A stretch of 64,000 nt of DNA from Botryllus schlosseri (taxonomy: Eukaryota), in assembly GCA_051294905.1 (NCBI GenBank), contig CM119371.1, forward strand, positions 23,624,001 through 23,688,000, read 5' to 3'. Of this stretch, positions 1 to 12,586 are shown piece by piece; position 1 is the stretch's first letter, and every line of letters begins with the position of its first letter. Made by a program: the position numbers and the translations under genes. The notes below the pieces were generated by a model. That model was not told the DNA's origin. It was given only the letters and a program-made list of their open reading frames with translations, and did not search any database.

Positions 1-180
1 AGAACCCGAGTTTACTCTAACGATGTGAATAAATTCAACTTCATTTCCATTAATTTCACAGAATTGTATGCGTACAATCTGCATTTATCTTCTCAAGGCT
101 TGATGTGGTCTGTTATACAGCCTTAGAGACTAAATGCCAGCCTGGGTCCTTCTGATACTCCTAAATGATTTTTCTTGTCG

Positions 181-629
181 AAGTTACAATATGGCATCAT
201 CTGTTGGGGGCTGCCAGTAAAACTGCACTGAAGCCGCTACAAAAACTACAACACCAGGTCCTCCGTATTATAGCCAGAGCCCCAAAGGGACCAGGATGTG
301 TTTCCATGAAATCACTGCTCGGAACATTCGGTGTCCTAAACATAAAAGATATGCGAAAACTAGAAATTGCAAAGTTTATGTATCAGTTCCACTGCGGCCA
401 CTGTCCCGAAAACTTCAATGACTTCTTTACCTCGGTATCAAAAGTGCATAACTACGACACACGCGCGTCCACGTCGTCCAACTATCATATGGTAGACAGA
501 GAAGGTCATCGCTCTATCAAATATGCCTGACCTGAAGTATGCAACAGTATCTCGCCGGCTATCTGAAAGTCGTCGCGCATGTCCACATTCAAGTCAAAAT
601 ACAAGCAATTTCTGCTGAGTGAATACTAG
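181..629 (+). pseudogene. 3' end of a non-LTR retrotransposon (CR1/L2/Crack-like) ORF2, 5'-truncated and decayed
   Basis: Reads KLQYGIICWG, a frameshift, then AASKTALKPLQKLQHQVLRII...LNIKDMRKLEIAKFMYQF...FNDFF..VHNYDTR...FKSKYKQFLLSEY*, with in-frame stops. This is the typical post-RT C-terminus of CR1-group LINEs. Confidence 0.8.
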
Positions 630-2126
630 TCAGCCGTACCACGACCTGATATATCGATCTCGCCTTCCGTCACTTGCCCCATGATTTTATCGCTTGTCAC
701 TTTATATTATCTTCTTTTACTTTCAGTCAGTGTGCTTGACTCTTCTTTACATCGCCTAGGCCCGGGTGGGTGTCTGATCTCAAGACTACTCCTAGTCGTT
801 TCGGCATCTTCCTATCATTCATTGTATTGCAGTCTTGTGATGTTTTGAAGTGTTGAAATTTTATGAATAGGGCTGTTATCTGTGAAATCCATTTACCGCA
901 TTGCGCTTTCGATTAGGTGAATATCATTGGCGAAGTGTTTAGCTCATGAATGGTAACTATACTTTTTACTACGTTCGTTTCACGGTACTCGATCGCGTGT
1001 CCTATTAATAATACAGGTATAAAATTATGTAACTGATAACTCCACGCATCCGCTACTGTTCAAAGTATCGAATATATATTCCTAAATTGCTTTCCTATGC
1101 GGTACATATTCCTCGATGGAATGTTGTTTTGTGTGTTTCTACAGATAAGTCGCATACAATTTCCGGACGGAAGTCACCATTACAAGCGTGTGCGAAAGAT
1201 CGTGTCAAGGGTGTGTCAATTTGGTTAGTATCAAGATTAAATGAGGATAAAGTACCAATAATATTCCATCGAAGCGACGACGTCAAATGAACACATTCGA
1301 AGGAATTTTAAAGTCAAAAAACGCAAGAAGAAAAATACTCTAAAGAAGTACCTTCGAAAATTAATAATGGCAGATGTATTACTATTAGCAGCAATGTTTA
1401 CCATTATTATTTCGAAAATTTACGATTAAACAATAGTCATCAATACTAGTTTTCAAAATGTTACTTCAACTTATCTCAACTTATATCCGAAAAAGAAACA
1501 TAAGAATAGATATGTAAGAAACTATCATAGGCTATGAAGAATGACAATATGATCATTGCCCCTCTTCAACGTCAATATACCACTCTACATGTGTGAAATT
1601 TCATCGGGGGCATGGCCAAGGAATATTTGTAGGTTAGAAAGTTACGAAAATTTCGGGAGATAAATAATTGACATGCCGTGAAAATGACGTTGAAAACACT
1701 TCAAATTAGATTATCGTGGAAGCGACTCATCATCGAAAATAACTCTTTGATTATATTCTAATAAATGCATGATAATGTAATACTTGTAGTGTTGTAGTGT
1801 TTAATACTCTCAGACTCCGGAATTAGTTTCTTACATCACAAGATGCTTAAATCCTTTATTTGATGAACGATAAATACTAAAAATAGAACGTATTTTTTTA
1901 TTTGTTTGCGTATTGAGTTTACGTATCTATAGAGATGTCTAATACAGCAGTGTATATTGATCAATAAATATTTAATCACCACCGCACAGCCTTTTAAAAT
2001 TGTATCTAATGAATCTGGGTTGGACAAAAAACTATTAGGCCTATATTTACCTATCCAACAATATGGTATATTGGGATTTAGAAGTTCAGTCTAACCAGGG
2101 GAACTAGAAATTCTGAAACTAGAAGC

Positions 2127-2468
2127 AAAATTCACGAGTCAATTTCAAGTCATCAATAACTTGTGTAGATAAAAATCACTGTATCGTATGTTCGGATTGT
2201 TCGCGGAACGCTGGTGTAACCCGGGATAGCGACCAATGATTCTATGATCGTGTGTTTTACCGATCTTCCACTGCTGTATCACAAATAAATTGACCACAAA
2301 CGAAGTGATCGAAGCTTACAGCTTACGTTGTCGGTGAAGTAATTTAGCAGCAAAATAACTATTTCTGTTCTCGGTTCTTACCTTAACCAAACCTCTTGTT
2401 TTATTGAAATTGAATTCATTCGAATACAATTTATATACTCCTCAACAATTGGCTCAGGCTCGAATTGT
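2127..2468. mobile_element. Internal fragment of the GACTCGAGTC-rich MITE family
   Basis: Colinear with about 61397-61728 of the full copy; no termini. Confidence 0.75.
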
Positions 2469-2658
2469 GACAATCGGGGGTGACAAACTTCCCCCGATTG
2501 AGACTAGGGTCACCAAACATCCTATACCTTGGGCGCTAAATTATTCCGAGAAGACGGGACTTCCTTGGTCCCGCTGGCGTCAGTGGGGCTTCCGCACTCG
2601 ACGCTAAATAAAATTGGAGCATCCACCGACCCGTAACCAGTTGTAGCGTAGCTAGTAC

Positions 2659-3634
2659 CAGTGTTGGGATGACTCAAGTCAAGTAATGACTCGAACTTTT
2701 TCGTATGACTCGACTTGACTCGAGTCACTTTGCAAAAATGACTTGACTTGACTTGACTCGGCGCTTCAAAAATGCGAATTGACTCGTGACTCGGAGCAAA
2801 ATTTACGAGTCAATTTCGAGTCATCAAGTAAACGGTATCGATTGAATCACTGAATTTTGTGAATGTTGTGTTGAGTAGCCTATTGTGCGCGGTACGCCTG
2901 CTGTGTCACATGCGAGAGTAACGAGTCATTCACTGATTGTACGTTTCACTGATCCTCTATTGTTACACCACAAATAAATTGCCCACAAACGTAATGATCA
3001 CAGCTTACGTTGTTAGTAGGAGTAGCAATAGATTAACCGCATAACAACGTATCTCTATTTCTTAGACGGCCCGGTGTCTACATTCCGCAGTGACCCCCTT
3101 TACCAATCCTGTTGTATGATTCAAATCGAGCGAATATAGTTTGTGCGTTTATTTCCTCGCGGATGGGTAGTGTATTGTACCATATCATTTTGGTAAACTT
3201 CTCGAGTCTTCGAGCCTATTGGCTGCTAATAACAGACTGTTGCATGTTGCTTTACAGTAATTCATGTATTTTATTTGCGAGACTACATGTGCGTGAGCGA
3301 TACAACGCCTTCTTGCAGGCATATTCAAGTTTATATTAGTTATTTTATTCAAGATAAATGGCCAATTATTCTGTCTTTCACACAGCTAGCAAAATGTAAT
3401 AACTGTGAATCGTCACTGAAATACTTCGAAAATTCAATTTGACTTGAATTATGACTTGACTCGTGACTCGACTTCACTTGACTTGACTTGACTCGAGTCA
3501 CCTCCAAAAAACGAGTGACTTGACTTGACTCGAGTCACCTTCGAAAATCGATTGCCTTGACTTGACTCGAGTCAAAATCTGAAATGACTCGAGATGACTC
3601 GTGACTCGAAGGTAGTGACTTGATCCCAACACTG
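2659..3634. mobile_element. hAT-type MITE (GACTTGACTCGAGTC subterminal arrays), copy 1
   Basis: TIR CAGTGTTGGGAT...ATCCCAACACTG; exact 8-bp TSD GCTAGTAC at 2651-2658 and 3635-3642. Confidence 0.95.
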
Positions 3635-4594
3635 GCTAGTACTACTTCCAGCTTCGGTTGTTTCACCGTCAAGAAACGCGGGAAACGTCAATTCGTTATT
3701 AACTGTATAGCTGGGTCATTAAAAACTTCGCCACCTGTCCCTTTTGAACTCCCATGCCGGTTGCAAAGGAAACTGGCGACTCATAGAGAACGATTGATCA
3801 TAGGGACTTCACGTGGGATTAACCCCCTATTCTATGCCGTCGCATTTTAAGGGGTAGTTGTTCAGCCCAGTAGAGCAAGTATGTTTTAAGTACTGTTCTC
3901 ATGTGCCAATTCCGTAATAGAACGTTACATAATTATTACAAATTGCAGTCCATAAAATTTGATTATGGCGGGCAGTAGACATAAGTAACAAAGCATTTAT
4001 TTTTCCCGGGGCACCTAATTAGGTCTTGTCGACCCGTACAATTTGATATGACATTATCCTTTTAGACTGCTCCCACTTCTACTCAACAAGTTTTAGCGCA
4101 AAAACTAACTTTCGGCATTTTATTTTCAGTAAAGTAGACAGCAGACATGGCTTGATTAGGCTACTTCAATTCAACTCAATTCCTTCACGATTACTGCAGA
4201 ATCACACGAATGCACTTACAGCAAAATCCTGCAGCAGTCAACCACGATTACATGGAGCAGTAATCACGATTACTATGACTTTTGTTCTTATTATTAATAT
4301 TGCTGGCGACGTCACAATATATCCATTGCCAAACTTTACAGCGGACGATTTCCGCCCAACAATTTTCATTATATCTACAACCCATGCTACAACATGTTTA
4401 TGAGCTAAAGCGGCAGATTAAAATGTTAAGTTGAGAATCGCGTAATAGCTATTGGTGCTAGTTTCAAGTATATAGGCCAAGTAAGAATAAAATAAATTGA
4501 ACGTTAAATTCTGCCATAAGGAATAATGCTCCTTGTAGTTGAACATGAAGAATGAACATGTATGCCTATTGCGACCAATAGACTTCATATATAG

Positions 4595-4635
4595 ATATCG
4601 CCTGAGGTTACGGCCAACGGAAGAGAAGAGTTCGG
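4595..4635 (+). CDS. Possible small upstream exon of the ZU5-UPA gene (YRLRLRPTEEKSS)
   Basis: atatag acceptor and G|gtatga donor; ends in phase 1, compatible with the 6780 exon. Confidence 0.3.
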
Positions 4636-6779
4636 GTATGATATATACCAGTAAGCATCAATCATCAATTTTTTTAACGATTCGATATGGAATTCGTCGT
4701 GTTTTATTTGATGAGTACAAAATTTCCAATCTCAGTTCGGTACCTACTCCTCGATAATTAGCCTCGTTCGCATCGTGTTTAATTAAGCATAACCAAACAT
4801 CAACAATTACGTAACTATTGAAAATTATAGGCAGAGTGTTGATATCATTCCGGTTGGGGAAAATCGAGTATCTTAACGATTTGATTTCGAATGTAGCCTC
4901 AGGTGTCAAGTCGAGTATTCGAGCCCCGCTCAATATGACGTTACATCACCATGAACGATGCAAAAGTTCAAACACATATCCCCGATGCCAGAGGTTTTTA
5001 ACGGGCAGCCAGTCAGTCCATAAAATATATTATAATTATATGTCAATTCCCGATTGCAACAAGTTGGACGCTTATCCATTAATTGGAGAAATAAAACACC
5101 AACTTTTAAATTGACTTCTAATTTAGAACTTATTTTTCAGCATAGTGTCGTAATAGATAGACCATGGTCTACTTTAAGCAAACATACAAGTGTTGTGGAA
5201 AACTCCTACACTATAGTTTACAACGTGTGTCGGGCAATTTGCATGTGAAAGCTACGGGGACTTGTCCACAATCCTCGGTAGGTTTCGACCGTGCAATCAA
5301 GCGATCCAAGCAACCGACCCATTTTAATACCTGAGATAAGGCATGGTGGCTCTTTCAATCACACAGCAACAACAAGGATATCTAGTTACCATACGTGTGG
5401 ATAATTCGTTATGGTACGTAATTCGATATTTCTGCCATCAATAACCTAAGATGGCGCAGCAACATTCCTTATTAATTTTATGTAATAAATCTATGTACAA
5501 GCGACAATTCTTAATCCTTATAGAAATCTGTAAGATATGTCAAAGAATCGTTTGACATTACGATCAATTGAAGATGCTGCAATTGTCGCAATCAACTACG
5601 ATTACAATTCACGGTTACCCCGTGTCTGGTAAACAGAAGTTTTGGAATTGGTTTGTTATACTTTTACGTGTGAAGCTGCGTGTCACATAAATTTGATGAA
5701 ATAGTTACTATATGATGGTAGGAAAATACTGCCCTATGTGTATCAGTGTTGGGATAAAGTCACTACTTTCAAGTCATGTTGAGACATAGCGAATTTTGAC
5801 GCTAGTAAAGTAAAGTCATTCTCTTTTTAAAGGCGATTCGAGTCAAGCCAAAACAATTCGATTCACAAAGTCATATCTGATCCGGAGTAAAGGGCTTGAT
5901 GCAAGTTAATAACATCACACGATATGTAGAAATTGGGTAGAGTTTAATTATTTCAAAATGAATTTTGTACCTGTATTTATTGTCTTTAAAATCCACGTCT
6001 TCGATTGGATATGAACGAGTGCCGAAAATCCATTTCCACAAATATACATTGTTGGCGAATGTAATATTAACGCGTAATTCTTCCGACGACAGCTTTTGGT
6101 GTGTGTTTTATTGAAAATATCACGTCTAGCCCAGTCATTTCTATCTAGCAACTTATCTTGAAGATATTTAGTGGTTACATCACATGAGAAAATGGATTTC
6201 GGGACGAGGTTTCAATTCCGTCATTGAGGAATATATATTTCAAACCAATGTGTAAGAATTTGCTATGACTGACCACTCCAAATCCAAAATGCTATCACCA
6301 GCATCTTCCAACAAACCCCCAAAACATCTCTAAACAGCAATATGTTTGCATCGGCCTGCTATTGGCAAATTAACAATTAAAATGAGTTTGCAAAATCGGA
6401 TATTTCATCTCAGGCGATCATTTTATTGATACGAGTCCCAAAGTTTTAGCAATTATGAAGGGAAATGGTCCCATGTTTTGCCTAATTGAAAATAAAATAA
6501 AAATTAGGTTATATGTTTCGCGGATCCCCTGATAATGCTTCGCGGACCCTCAGGGGTCCGTGGGCCCCTGGTTGAGAACAAACGTAGTATTCCCTTCACC
6601 ACTGCTAACAATGTTATATTCTGCCTTCTCATTCACGTTGTACCCTTATTACGACCAAGTCTTACCGCATCTTTATATACCACAATCCTGTAAAATAACC
6701 TCTCTGGAGCTATAAAAACCTTACAGTTTTATTCGTTCACTGTTAACGAACTTTCAAACTGGTGTACATTATTTTGCAG

Positions 6780-7601
6780 AACTCCCCTTCGAAGAAATCA
6801 GTGTTGATGTTGGGCATACCAAAAAAGAAATTGAAGTAGGCGGATGTAGAGTTTTTTTTCGCGACGGCAGTTTCAGTGAAGTTCAAGAAATTAGTATCAG
6901 GGCAGAAGTCAATCCTGCGATATACCCTCATGAGTGGGAAGCTATTACCCCAACGTTGACAATCAAGGGACCAAATTTGAGATTACCAGCAACCGTGAAA
7001 CTTCATACTTGGTGTGTCGCTAGAGAGGGTAAAGAGAAAATCGACATCATGCGATGTGATGAATCATCCAATCAATGGAGGAAAATTAAAAGCATTGATT
7101 TGGGATGTTCAAGATATGTTGAATTCAGCACTTCTAATTTTTCAATAGTTGGGGCGTTTCGACGGTTATTTGGTAGAACTCGTGCGAAATCCTCGTCTCA
7201 GCCGACCTATTGTTTGCAACCGATAGTATATTACAAGGAATTCAACTTTTCTCTTTCGGTATTCATTGACACGCCGCTTGTCTGGAAAACTCTCCAACGA
7301 GTTATGGAGAACAACTATGGGACAGATGTGAAGCAATTCCGAATTAGAACTTTGGATGTTGAGATGAATAGCGACATCCAAATGCTGATAACCTGTCCGG
7401 AGCAACAAAATCTCAGCTTCAGGCCAAATAATAATTTCTATCACTCACTCAGTGAGATAAAGGGAAAACGGATGCCCATCTATGAAGCAATTACCCTGAC
7501 AGGCTCGGAATTGGAACAGAGGAAAAACATCATCATGCAGTTTGAAGTTAAAAATAATATGGAAACGGTAGTCAAAGCGGCATTTTCTTATATAAATCCA
7601 T
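6780..7601 (+). CDS. Internal exon encoding a ZU5 + UPA-like module (UNC5/PIDD/ankyrin-type supramodule)
   Basis: ttttgcag acceptor at 6779 and gtaagt donor at 7602; 822 bp, phase 1-1, 274 codons with no stop. Translation: LPFEEISVDVGHTKKEIEVGGCRVFFRDGSF...EAITPTLTIKGPNLRLPATVKLHTWC...W...VEFSTSNFSIVG, then a beta-rich UPA-like half. Extends the 6956..7612 ORF. Confidence 0.75.
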
Positions 7602-7904
7602 GTAAGTTGTAGTAGGAAATTACTCATTTATACGCTTCAAGACTAATGGGTTGTACGATGACAGTAGCTCCAAGACTTTTGATTGTCGCATCCCAAATAA
7701 CGATTGGTTAATGCCCCGTGGCTCACACCTCGATTTGTGAACTGATTGAAAAAGATGAGTAGTTAAGCCCAAAATAAAGTGAAAATGTCTGCACTGTCAC
7801 CCAGGCATACTTAAAGGCCTACTCGGAAAGATGATACCTTGAAAAAATATATTCGCGAGGCACAGGTTGGCAACCACTTGCTGTATACTCGAAGACCTAC
7901 GTAC

Positions 7905-9517
7905 ACGGGATGGTGCGAGCCCCTAAAAGGTTCAGGTTCGTGTGAACGCGAACCTTATGACGTCACGTGACCTCATATTGCCTATTCCAACCCTTCATTT
8001 TATGTCACATAAGCCACAATGCCTAATCAAGTAGTTGCTGACGTTTTAAACGTCCCTAAATGTATCAACTGGAGCAATCAAATGGTATATATCAATATCT
8101 TCCGTCGCTTTGCGAACAATTTCGACGAGGACTGACAAGGGAACATAAACTTAGACCTTAACGGTCCAGGCCATACCGGACCGGACACTGTATTCAGCGT
8201 CTGACTATTTCTACATTGATATTGAGCAGAGTGTGAAACGGGTTTCTATGCTTTATATCAGGGGTGGCCAACCTTTTTAGCCAAAGGGCCACATTTGATT
8301 GACGAACTATTGCGCGGGCCACTAGCCGCGCCAAGCGCAAAACTTTTTCGAAGTTCATAGGTCAATAATATTGTCCCTTGACTATATTGCGGGCCTGCTC
8401 TATATCGCTGGGCTCAGTTTGCTAGAAATGGACTATTCGGCGCCTGGACATATCGATATCGAAAGCTTCGACCAACATGCGTAAAATCATTGTGTGCCTA
8501 GGTTTCATAGTCGACGGTCTTTCTGCGAGCGCAAACGCAAGGTAGCATATGTTGAACGACACTTCTCGTAATCGCGAATATAGTTAGACTCAATTTCATA
8601 CATTAGGCGTTCTTTCGTTTTCACAATGGGGTAACAATATTAAAAGCAAGAAATCGAGTGACAACATGTTGCGCGAAGCATGTAGAAAAATTTTACTTCT
8701 GATAAATCTAGCGCAAATCTTTCTGAATTACTGTAGTGTACGAAGATCTACCAACATGTGACTGGCTCATGAATCTGCCAATGCGTCGGAACTGATATTT
8801 TAGTCATCACATCTCAAGTGTTGCGGCCAGACTAATCACATTTTTGGTTGGCCTTGCAAGTTCACAATCTGTGCAGTACATTTTTGATTGTATTACTAAT
8901 TTCGGAAATTACCTCGCGGGCCACTCAAAACCTTCTCGCGGGCCACATGTGGCCCGCGGGCCACGGGTTGGCCGGCCCTGCTTTATATACTCTATTATCC
9001 CCTTAAAAAGTGATGCAGTAACCATCACCCCAATCGCAAGCATATCAAATCAAAATGCATCCCGTACGCCTGCTAGATCTTTTACATTAGAATACGATGT
9101 ATTTTTTATATCATTTTCACTGATTGTTTGAATGAGCATCATTCGCTAACTTCCCAAATGTAATGTTTTTCGTGCTTGATGTTGTGTGATTGCGGGTCAA
9201 GCTCACAACAGGGAGTCCTTACATATCCACAACCGGAAAGGTGAATATTTCGAGCGAACTTTTGTAACAAAGCAAGTAAAATATTTGAGATAGCCAAGGT
9301 GCATGCACGTTTAGTGTTGATTTTTTATGCTGCCAGCGCCATGCATAGACTGGTCCGAATTTGAACCAAAGATGTTTTAATGATATGAAAAATGGTAATA
9401 TATGCAAAATATTCACAGTCCAGAACCTAGCGAAGCTTGTTTATGAACGTGAACCTCTGCATTTCTGAGGTTCACACAGAGAACGCGAATGTTAACGCTG
9501 CGTTCACACCATCCCTA
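7905..9517. mobile_element. hAT-type MITE (GTGAACGCGAAC repeats) hosting the 8259-8980 element
   Basis: Ends (AC)GGGATGGTG...CACCATCCCTA; exact TSD CTACGTAC at 7897-7904 and 9518-9525. Confidence 0.85.
8259..8980. mobile_element. hAT (Buster/Charlie-like) MITE, CAGGGGTGGCCAACC family, copy 1
   Basis: TIR CAGGGGTGGCCAACC / GGTTGGCCGGCCCTG; exact TSD CTTTATAT; 4 copies in the window. Confidence 0.95.
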
Positions 9518-9697
9518 CTACGTACAGCTCACTGAAAACATCAACATGGTTAATATCGGGCAATGTCCTGTAGGATACACAAAGATGAACCACGAATGAA
9601 GCCAATAAATTTACTTTTCCTCACAGTCTACAACCACAGGCATAGTCACTATGATAACTATATTTAGTCTACGTAACTGCTCTACATTGGATTACAT

Positions 9698-11869
9698 CAG
9701 GGTTGGCAACCCCTGGCACGCGTACCATATTTGTACGAGAGATAGTTGTTCATCACTCGTTGAATGATACGACATACTACAACCATGTTTGTTAAAGTAA
9801 GCAGAAACACAAGTTTTCTAAATGTAAAATTACGATGCCCACAGGACGCGAGCTCATCATCTATGATTTTGTTAGCTAGCCAGTAGACTACACCAGTGGT
9901 TCTCAACCGCCGGTCCGCGGACCGGTGCCGGTCCGCGAGGAATATTACAATTTTGTACTTTAATTTCAAGATGCAATGTTGAAGGCTTGTCCTTTGATAA
10001 AATAAATAAAACATCTACTTTTAAACTGATTCAAAACTTCGTGAGGTAACATTAGGGCTAGAAACATGTTCGATTTGACTCAAAGTACGATATGCGAGCG
10101 ACAAATACAGAACAAATAAGAGTTCACTCATCGCGCTAAGCAGCGCAGTTTGATCATTGGTTTTCGATTCATTTATTTTGTGCAGGACCGTAACTGGGGT
10201 TCCCCAAACCGACCAATTGGAGAGGGACCGAGCTTGAAAGGGGCATAAAATTATTCGCAAATGAATATAAATCATAGCGTTCTATTTGAAACTTTTTCCA
10301 TGATTTTTCTATTTCTTTTCGGGATTCGCACTATTTAGTGTCCCTAAATGTCTTGCTTATTAGGTGCCCTTCTCCGAGAAATACGCATGATTCATAGATG
10401 CAGGCATTGCCGCACCACGACGTATCCACGCATAATGAAGTTTAGGTTAACATATGGGACTCCGAAATTTGGGCCTAAAATTCGACCGCGAGAAAAGCGC
10501 TTGAGTCGTGAATGATCGAAAATTCTCGCCATTGTCGCGATAAGCTACGTAAACTCTCTGCTTACGCTGAGTAGAATGGATGTGATCACAAGTACAGGTG
10601 AAAACATCCACCCAAGTGTAGGGTCTTGGGGCGAAGGCCCCTTCGCCCCCGGAAGTTTGGCTTATCGCCCTGTGGGGGCTCCAAGATCAACGTTTTTGGG
10701 GGTGGGCTGACGAAATACTTTTTCGGCCCGGATATGCGGATGGCCAGTAAAGCTGCTGTAATGTGTTTTCTTGCGGCACGCACTGTATTCGCAGTTGCCG
10801 GAGTAGCCTGCGTCTGGTGGCAGTTGGCAATGAGCAAGGTAGCTCGACAAGGTGCTTGGTTCGACTCCTATACGTTTCTTCGCTTGATATTGTCGGTCGG
10901 TATTGAGTTGGCGTGGCCGTTTAAACCCACGGCATTTTGGCGCAAAAGACTGTAAACGACTCTCAGCGGTATAGCACGTTTATCTGGACAAGGCAATTTT
11001 ACCTCGACTTGGCAGACTCACTACCATAAAATCACATGCATGCCATCATGAATATTATTAAACACGATCAAAACCCTCCAAATATCACTCTCTAGCATCA
11101 TATAATTGCAAAAAACGGTTGCATACTTTACATTTTGACTTCATTTCAATTTTGACAGTTCACCGGTCCGCCAGAATTTTTTTAAAAATTTTACTGGTCC
11201 GCAAGGCGAAAAAGGTTGAGAACCACTGGACTACACAACGGACAAATGTGGTCTGCGGTAAATGCCAAAACAATATGTTCAACTTTTCTCGAATCGAGTT
11301 TTCCTGTAGTGCTTTCGATATTAAGCCCAAAGGTCGTCAACATCAATGTGGCACGATGCAACTCACGGGCTCTCACACTTTCTAGAGTTTTACTAACATA
11401 TAGCGACCCACGCCTCGTACACCGAATGAAGTGCATTTATAAAAATGGGAGTATATGCTATATGTTTCAGGTGCATATTGGGTACAGCCAACCAATTGTA
11501 CGCTTCGTAGTTCTATGATACACGAACCAAAACAATAAGATTCGATAATTTAGTGAAGTTGTCGTTGAAATTTTTCAAATTTCCATATTTTCTCATATCT
11601 TGCAAAGGTAATTTTTAAGCTCACCATAAACCATGCATCATTTGAATTTGAATAAGTAAAGAAAACGATGTGTTCCATTATACTAATATTCATCGCAGTG
11701 CCTTGACCGCTTCTGGACTTGTTCCAAACTTCGGATAAGCGTTTGGTGGGATTCATTGTCTAGAACGATAATAATGACAATAAAATAATAAATGTTTGGC
11801 ACGTGGGTTTATGATATTTTGACAGATTTTGACATTTGGCAAGTGCATACGAAAGATTTCGGACCACTG
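9698..11869. mobile_element. Older degenerate hAT-type MITE hosting 9894-11228
   Basis: Left end CAGGGTTGGCAACC, right end GACCACTG; flanks GATTACAT and GTTTACAT (7/8 match). Confidence 0.55.
9894..11228. mobile_element. hAT MITE, CAGTGGTTCTCAACC family, copy 1
   Basis: 15-bp TIR; exact TSD GACTACAC; inverted homolog at 16271-17528. Confidence 0.95.
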
Positions 11870-12416
11870 GTTTACATTGACTAGGTTTTACCTTCATTTC
11901 TTTGGTATTCTTTGTGGACCAACATGTCAAATTTGCCCCTGATTTTACATTATAGCTTGGTAATCCCAGAAACAGATATGATGTGAAAATGATTGTCATG
12001 ATATAATGAAGGTGAATGCAAATGGCGATATTAGGTGAATACACACGTGAAAATTACTTCACATTCAGCTATTTCGATACCCCAATGCAATGAGCCCAAT
12101 AATTGAGTAGATGGTAGGCTACCATTGATGTCCAGTAGAAGTACGTTAGAATCATGTTGTGAAAGAGAATGAACCCTATCTGCTGATAAAACCCAAATTA
12201 AACCTATGCACTTTTGAGTAAGGTTCGGATCACAAATTTGAAACCAGGGTGTCTGCGACTCCCCCTTTTTAGATATAATTTTAGCAAAGTCGCATTCTTG
12301 TTGGCCTTGTGAGACTTGTCGATGAATACGCAGCCTGAACTCACTAGTCCGAAGTTTCTAAAATCACGTGTCGTAATCTCATGCCAGACAAATCACGTGG
12401 CCTTCATATATTTTAG

Positions 12417-12586
12417 CATTCAGCGGCATGCAAGAGAACGTACGTCAGTCATCTACCGGCCATCAGACAACTGTTCGGGTGAACCACGGTCCTCAAATTA
12501 CGGCGGAAACTGTGGTTCAAGATGGAGGAAATTACCGTCAAACTAAGGATAACACAGAAACTATCATTTCTTCAAAAAGTACTTAA
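12417..12586 (+). CDS. Probable downstream (terminal?) exon of the ZU5-UPA gene
   Basis: atattttag acceptor. Phase-1 splicing from 7601 gives the open frame SFSGMQENVRQSSTGHQTTVRVNHGPQITAETVVQDGGNYRQTKDNTETIISSKST* (TAA at 12584-12586). Confidence 0.45.

Noticed and set aside
2466..3929. Solo LTR (TGTGAC...GTTACA) interrupted by a MITE
   Set aside because: The flanks match only 3 of 4 bases and the interrupted sequence does not resume afterwards.
4281..4332. FVLIINIAGDVTIYPLP as a 2A-like StopGo peptide
   Set aside because: It lacks the required ExNPGP and no LINE ORF follows.
8844..9131. Recurrent short ORFs (MVGLASSQ..., MSLDYIA...) as a gene family
   Set aside because: They recur only because they lie within copies of one MITE family, and their frames are not conserved in length.
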